A stretch of DNA of 32,000 bases. It comes from Okeania sp. (lineage in GTDB: Bacteria; Cyanobacteriota; Cyanobacteriia; Cyanobacteriales; Microcoleaceae). The stretch is from positions 3,387 through 35,386 of the forward strand of contig NZ_JAYKGW010000013.1 in NCBI RefSeq assembly GCF_035285525.1, given 5' to 3'. Under the pieces are notes generated by a model, which had not been told where the DNA came from, did not search any database, and saw nothing but the letters and a program-made list of their open reading frames with translations. The position numbers were made by a program, and so were the translations under genes. Below are positions 27,111 to 32,000 of this stretch, piece after piece (position 1 is the stretch's first letter; each line of letters opens with the position of its first letter).

Positions 27111-28358
27111 ATGGCTTCCATAGCTCGTAAAAATTTATTAGAAGATATTCCTCGATTTCTCGTAGCTCAAGCTGGAATATTATTTGCAGTTAGCTTAGTA
27201 ACTATTCAAACAGGAATATTACAAGGGTTTGCCAGTTCCACAACCCTATTAATAGATAAATCCAATGCAGATATTTGGATTGCTTCTGATAAAATGGTTA
27301 ACTTTGAATTGACAGATCCCCTGATTTATGCTCAATTGAATCAGGCCAAAAATATCCAAGGTATCCAAAAAGCAGAACCATTAATTTTAGGAGGGGTCAG
27401 ATGGCGACCTCAAAATGGAGAAATGAGTCCATTAATGGTTATTGGATTTAACCCAGATGGACAACTATTTAATTCTGGAAATATTCTTCAGGGCAATATC
27501 AAAGACCTAAAAAAACCTTTTGCCGTGATGGCTGACCAAAGCAGATTATCAAGTATGCTCTCTAAAGGAATAGGAACAACAGCGATCGCTGGTTCTTTAC
27601 CAGCAAAATTAGTGGCAGTAACCAAAGATACTCAGTCAATTGTATCAAGTACCTTATTATTTACATCTTTGGAAAATGCCAATGCTTATATTAATGCAGA
27701 TATTAAGGCTGAACTTAACTGCAAGGTCGCAGGAGCAGGCAATCTACGATGTACAAAAGTCGTAGAGAAAAAAGACCCTACTGAAAAGTTGAAAGAAAAA
27801 CCTAAACCCAAAAAATTAGAAGCAGCAGACCCAATCGCTTATATATTAGTCAAAGCTAAACCTAGTCAAGATTTACAAATATTAAAACAAAGAATAGAAG
27901 AGGTAATGACTGATACTGCTGCTTATACTAAAGAAGAATTATCAGAAAAAACTAGATTTTTCTGGTTAGCACGAACCAATATTGGTTTAGTTTTGGGGAT
28001 GGGAGCAGTGGTAGGTATAATTGTGGGTATAGTTGTGGTAGCTCAAATTTTGTATTCTTCTGTATCTGACCATATTAAAGAGTTTGGTACTCTTAAAGCA
28101 ATGGGTGCTTCGGATAGAGAATTATATGCAGTAATTGTGGAGCAAGCAATTTGGATGGCAGTTTTGGGTTATATTCCAGGAATGTTAGTTTGTTTAGGAT
28201 TGAGTGGTTGGGTGGCTAGTAAGGGAATTATTATTTTAATTACACCTTGGTCGGCACTAGGGGTATTAGGTATAACTGTTGGGATGTGTGTGGGTTCAGC
28301 TTTCTTTGCTATTCAAAAAGTAACTCGCATCGATCCAGCAATTGTATTTAAAGCTTGA
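27111..28358 (+). CDS. devC: DevC-type ABC exporter permease (FtsX/MacB-like)
   Basis: 415 aa. N-terminus: ARKNLLEDIPRFLVAQAGILFAVSLVTIQ. It has a MacB-like periplasmic domain and a C-terminal FtsX 4-TM domain (EFGTLKAMGASDRELYAVIVEQA ... AIQKVTRIDPAIVFKA). A Lys-rich insert, EKKDPTEKLKEKPKPKKLE, is present. Confidence 0.85.
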   Translation: MASIARKNLLEDIPRFLVAQAGILFAVSLVTIQTGILQGFASSTTLLIDKSNADIWIASDKMVNFELTDPLIYAQLNQAKNIQGIQKAEPLILGGVRWRPQNGEMSPLMVIGFNPDGQLFNSGNILQGNIKDLKKPFAVMADQSRLSSMLSKGIGTTAIAGSLPAKLVAVTKDTQSIVSSTLLFTSLENANAYINADIKAELNCKVAGAGNLRCTKVVEKKDPTEKLKEKPKPKKLEAADPIAYILVKAKPSQDLQILKQRIEEVMTDTAAYTKEELSEKTRFFWLARTNIGLVLGMGAVVGIIVGIVVVAQILYSSVSDHIKEFGTLKAMGASDRELYAVIVEQAIWMAVLGYIPGMLVCLGLSGWVASKGIIILITPWSALGVLGITVGMCVGSAFFAIQKVTRIDPAIVFKA

Positions 28359-28426
28359 TATATTTGGAGAGAGTTTATATCATGTCTGATTGAATTTTTA
28401 TGCCACAAAAATCTTATTTCATTTAC

Positions 28427-28468
28427 ACTTAACTTTTTAGGCAACTTTCTCAAAGTTAAGTTTTTATT
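28427..28468 (+). terminator. Intrinsic terminator-like hairpin after the devC-like gene
   Basis: acttaacttt - 15-nt loop - aaagttaagt (10-bp perfect stem) followed by ttttatt. Confidence 0.6.
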
Positions 28469-28979
28469 GAATAATAACTATTGTACAACAGTTGAGGAAA
28501 AAATCATGGGTACGAAAGAAGCATCTCTTTTATTAGGTTTCTCCCGTAAACGTCTGCTAGACTTATTGGGTGAAGGAAGAGTGGAAGGAGCTTATAAAAA
28601 TGGTAGATTCTGGGAAATACCAGTTTCTGAGAATGGAATGCCTGTCATAATTGAGGGGAAACGCGGTCCGAAAGGTACTTGGCGGAAGAAAAAACCCACC
28701 AAACCTAAAATGATTCATGTTAATCAAAGCAAAATTAAAGGTAATATCGGTAAGCCTCCAGAAAAGCTAGAACCTGTTCTTTCGGTTAAAGATGGCGATC
28801 GCAACGATTATGGTTATGAATTACATATTAAAGGTCCTTGCTACATCGTATATCGACCTTACAAACCCGCGCCTTGTGGGGCTCGCTTGTGGATTAATAC
28901 TTGGGAGCCAGTGGAATTTATAGATACTAAGTTGAATCCACCTACTGCAAAGCAGCCTAACAAGCAAGTTTGTATATAG
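28467..28979 (+). CDS. Helix-turn-helix (excisionase/MerR-like) domain protein, conserved hypothetical
   Basis: The ORF opens on TTG at 28467. The likely start is ATG 28506 (MGTKEASLLLGFSRKRLLDLLGEGRVEGAYKNGRFWEIP is the HTH). The C-terminal part, MIHVNQSKIKGN ... ELHIKGPCYIVYRPYKPAPCGARLWINTWEP, has no function known to me. Confidence 0.7.
   Translation: MNNNYCTTVEEKIMGTKEASLLLGFSRKRLLDLLGEGRVEGAYKNGRFWEIPVSENGMPVIIEGKRGPKGTWRKKKPTKPKMIHVNQSKIKGNIGKPPEKLEPVLSVKDGDRNDYGYELHIKGPCYIVYRPYKPAPCGARLWINTWEPVEFIDTKLNPPTAKQPNKQVCI
28476..28493. promoter_or_regulatory. Palindrome variant AACTATTGTACAACAGTT, 12 nt upstream of the probable start of the HTH gene
   Basis: It shares ACTATTGTACAA.AGT with the 11633, 11988 and 12109 copies (one mismatch). 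It is followed by the gaggaaaaaatcATG RBS and start at 28506. Confidence 0.4.
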
Positions 28980-29120
28980 CTGATATCCATTAAAAAGTAA
29001 ATTATCACAAAAGAATATTTATTTGCTGGAAAAGCTTGACTGACGATAACTTCAGCTATTTTTTGCTGTTTAGTTATAGAAAATTGTCATCATCTTAACG
29101 AGACTTACCAAAACAGCAGT

Positions 29121-29265
29121 AATATCATGTCTGGTTAAATGGTTAAACTTTGGAGGAAGAAAGCCAGAAGGTAGCTATGTTGAGGGTAAAAGAGAAAGAA
29201 AGATTTAAAGGGAAAAATTTTTTTATAGCAAATTCCAGTATATGAAGTACAGATTTAATAAACAT
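29121..29265. mobile_element. MITE family B copy (left end intact)
   Basis: aatatcatgtctggttaaatggttaaactttggaggaagaaagccagaagg ... tatagcaaattccagtatatgaagtacagatttaata. Confidence 0.6.
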
Positions 29266-29367
29266 CTCCAGAAAAGAGGGAACAGGGAACACAACCACGC
29301 TTAACTGGGAAGAAGAATTGATAATTTATGGATAATAATTGATTTGAATTTTTATTTTTGGAGATGT
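29262..29367. mobile_element. MITE family D copy
   Basis: acatctccagaaaagaggg ... tatttttggagatgt. Confidence 0.65.
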
Positions 29368-29416
29368 CTAATACTTAGGGCTTGCTGATTAAATCTTGCT
29401 CGCATTGACATTCTCA

Positions 29417-30727
29417 GGACTTACGCAAAGACGCTATATATAGGGCATGGTCAATAGAGTGATTGCTGATGCAAAGCTCCGCTAACGCTTGAAATGTTAT
29501 AGCGATCACCCAACGAAAGTTAATTTTAAACAATCCATAAAAACTTAAATAACTCTCATTTGTATTGTCGGATATTTGAGTTCAGATACTAGATATTCAG
29601 ATAATAATTGGTGTTTCAGTTGATAAATAGTTTTTCCCATATGAGTTGCTATTTTTTTCAAATGATTCCACACTAACATAGTACAAGCAATGTGATTTTT
29701 TGAATTTTACCCGACGACCCTATCCAAAATTCAAGCCCTGTTAGTTGTCTAATTTCTGTGTGAAACTCTTCAATTTTCCATCTGGTTTGTATTTCTAACT
29801 CAACCTCATCTGTGCTTTGGTATCTAGGGTCATTAGTGACAATATACTCTGCTGAAGTTTGTGGAAACAGTAGCCCAGAATAATCTAACTTTTTTATCTC
29901 TAGGAAAACCTTTTATTTTAATAATTTTTCCTGAGAGTAATTCCATCTCATTCCATGTTATTTCTTCCAGTTTTTGAGATTTTTTTAGACCTCCACTGTC
30001 ATCTACATGCGCGATTTCTTTTTAACGGGCAATAGTAAATTTTACCCAAATTTTCTATTAAAGCCATTAGTCTTTGAGTTGGATAACAGCTATCCATTCA
30101 TACTGTTTTTACTGGTATTTTCTTATTTTTAACTGCATCAATCATCATTTATTCTACATTATCTATTTTACTTTTTTCATTATTTTCTGGATTATAAATG
30201 CGATCATCTATTATCCGAGCAGCTTTCTATTTGAGGATTAAAATATAAACAATTAACTATTCCTATTCCACGTACTACTTTATGTTCATTACCACTATAC
30301 TGGCGCCGGACAAGTTCAATACGCACGGGAATATTTTTTATTGATAAATGTATCATCAATGGAGCAAATAACCATCTTCAGTAGTGACAATTTCTTCACT
30401 GACATTTAGCCACAAAATTTATCTCCCTAAATCAATACTTTTCAAGTAACGATTGATTTGATCGTGACTAATTTTTTCTAGATGCTGGGCAAGGTTTGTT
30501 AGAGTGTAATTTGTTTGACTACTTATGAGATAATGACAAGATTTTATATAATTAAAGTACATCTGAAAATCCTTGATGATTAACTAAATTAGTATACCAA
30601 ATAATTTCAAGTAATTTGAGGTCAATTTTTCAGCCTTTTGTATTTTTTGAAGAGAGCGTTAGCGGAGCTTTGCGCCAGCAATCGCTCTCTTTACCATACC
30701 CTATATATAGTGTCTTTGCGTAAGTCC
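29417..30727 (-). mobile_element. IS4/IS701-superfamily insertion sequence (1311 bp) with 73-bp terminal inverted repeats, inactive
   Basis: Left end 29417..29489 and the reverse complement of 30655..30727 match at about 66 of 73 positions by hand alignment. Both start GGACTTACGCAAAGAC.CTATATATAGGG and end GCAAAGCTCCGCTAACGCT. Confidence 0.8.
29520..30562 (-). pseudogene. DDE transposase (IS4/IS701-like) riddled with stops and frameshifts
   Basis: No ORF of 60 aa or more exists on either strand. Minus-strand pieces read MYFNYIKSCHYLISSQTNYTLTNLAQHLEKISHDQINRYLKS, RRQYSGNEHKVVRGIGIVNCLYFNP, EYIVTNDPRYQSTDEVELEIQTRWKIEEFHTEIRQLTGLE. Confidence 0.75.
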
Positions 30728-30924
30728 TGATTCTAAAGTTTGAGCCTTTTTAGGTCGGGAAAAAGTACCTGGTTTTTAGCTTTTCATGCTCCTCAAGTTA
30801 GGGTTTTGGATAAACAAGAACGGAAAAATTAAGGTAAAACTATTACTTCTACTTTTTCTCTTTTCTCACACGAACCAAACGAACCACCTCTCCCACACTC
30901 TGCTTTTTTCAGCAAATCCTGCTT
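30728..30924. mobile_element. Family P MITE copy abutting the IS
   Basis: tttgagcctttttaggtcgggaaaaagtacctggtttttagc ... ctctgcttttttcagcaaatcctgctta. Confidence 0.55.
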
Positions 30925-31040
30925 AAACTTTGGAGGAAAAAAGGCAGAAGAGAAAGAAAGGTTTCAAGGGAAAAAGTTTTTTATAGCAAATTCCAGTATA
31001 TGAAGTACAGATTTAATAGTTAAATTTTGGAGGAAGAAAG
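30925..31040. mobile_element. MITE family B partial copy
   Basis: aactttggaggaaaaaaggcagaag ... tatagcaaattccagtatatgaagtacagatttaata. The same 37-nt tail occurs at 29225..29262. Confidence 0.6.
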
Positions 31041-31062
31041 CTACTATATATAGAGTCAAGAA

Positions 31063-31078
31063 ACTATTGTGCAATAGT
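31063..31078. repeat. Palindrome variant ACTATTGTGCAATAGT inside a small inverted-repeat unit
   Basis: ctatatatagagtcaagaaACTATTGTGCAATAGTtttaaacactatatataggg. The ctatatatag arms resemble the IS/MITE family A TIR. Confidence 0.7.
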
Positions 31079-31099
31079 TTTAAACACTATATATAGGGA

Positions 31100-31271
31100 T
31101 TCCTGAAAAAAGCATGAAAGCATTGACAGATAAAGTTCTTAACAACTTTAGATCGGGAAAAAGTACCAGCTTTTTGGTATTTTTCACTGCAAAAGTGGAA
31201 CTTTTTCGAGCCTTGAAAAAGGCTAAAATCTTTATATTTAAAGATTTTTAGATTTATTCAGCCAGCCCTAA
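31100..31271. mobile_element. Family P-related element with two inverted 'ataaat/aaagc' type ends
   Basis: gaaaaaagcatgaaagcattgacagataaag ... gggaaaaagtaccagc ... agatttattcagccagccctaa. Confidence 0.5.
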
Positions 31272-31549
31272 ATATTTTTTCATCCCCGAACCAGGGGAGA
31301 CACATACCCTCGTTTTTTAGTAAGTCCTGATGATATAAAAAATAGGCTCAAATCATAGACAAATATGGGAATTAGTATTAATCATAAAAATAATATAAAA
31401 CTTTTAATATTTAGCTGTTCTTAGTGATAAGAAAACTTCAGAAAATAACAAAAAAATTATTAAACATTTTTGATCTATAGCTAAAAATTAAAATTAAGCC
31501 TTATTCTGTCAGTAGAACAGCTAAAAATTGCTAATTCTTATCAAAAAAT

Positions 31550-31588
31550 ACAAATTTTTATTATCCTAGAGGATAATAAAAATTTTGT
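31550..31588. repeat. AT-only inverted repeat (18/19-nt arms, 2-nt centre) 70 nt upstream of the eno ATG
   Basis: acaaatttttattatcct ag aggataataaaaattttgt, with one bulged A. Confidence 0.8.
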
Positions 31589-31635
31589 GTATTACTTAAT
31601 CAGAATTAGTTTTTAGCCAATCCAATTAAACTTGA

Positions 31636-32000
<365 letters not shown>

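Noticed and set aside
27111-28979. The devC-like gene plus the HTH gene as a two-gene system
   Set aside because: A strong terminator hairpin (28427..28468) separates them. The HTH gene has its own RBS and upstream dyad, and there is no functional link that I can support.

Overview
AT-rich chromosomal DNA that looks like a filamentous, heterocyst-forming cyanobacterium (Nostocales type). Supporting this: the HIP1 octamer GCGATCGC occurs about a dozen times by eye, heptamer STRR tracts (AATAATT, ATAACTG, GGGAGTA, CCCATCC) sit at gene borders, and the genes include the cyanobacteria-typical PanC-Cmk fusion and a DevC-type permease. The intact genes are ordinary, unlinked housekeeping or accessory genes: dnaK 3' end, DUF4112, ddl, SUI1/yciH-like, P1B metal ATPase, uvrC, FAD monooxygenase, clpS, purN, FAD oxidoreductase, YaaW-like, panC-cmk, NodB deacetylase, SAM methyltransferase, devC-like permease, HTH protein and eno 5' end. 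By coordinates they cover only about 16.2 of 32 kb. The rest holds at least eight MITE or short-repeat families, often nested or head to tail. It also holds three dead IS elements (IS5/IS427-like, Harbinger-like DDE_Tnp_4, IS4/IS701-like) and several other decayed genes: a metallophosphoesterase, a purN 5' duplicate and a CBM9-like stub. This resembles an eroding genome such as an obligate symbiont of the 'Nostoc azollae' kind, which is an unverified inference. Main leads: (1) eno is interrupted after codon 72 by sequence beginning GTGCG with a structured helix, a candidate group II intron that runs off the window. (2) The dead IS4/IS701-like element has 73-bp inverted ends that share termini and inner blocks with the GGACTTACGCA MITEs. 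(3) A perfect 16-bp palindrome, ACTATTGTACAATAGT, occurs three times before the monooxygenase gene, and a variant lies just upstream of an HTH-protein gene. (4) MITE ends are fused to reading-frame ends of several genes. I found no CRISPR array, tRNA, rRNA or recognisable multi-gene defence or biosynthetic system. No operon-like novel system can be supported from this sequence alone.
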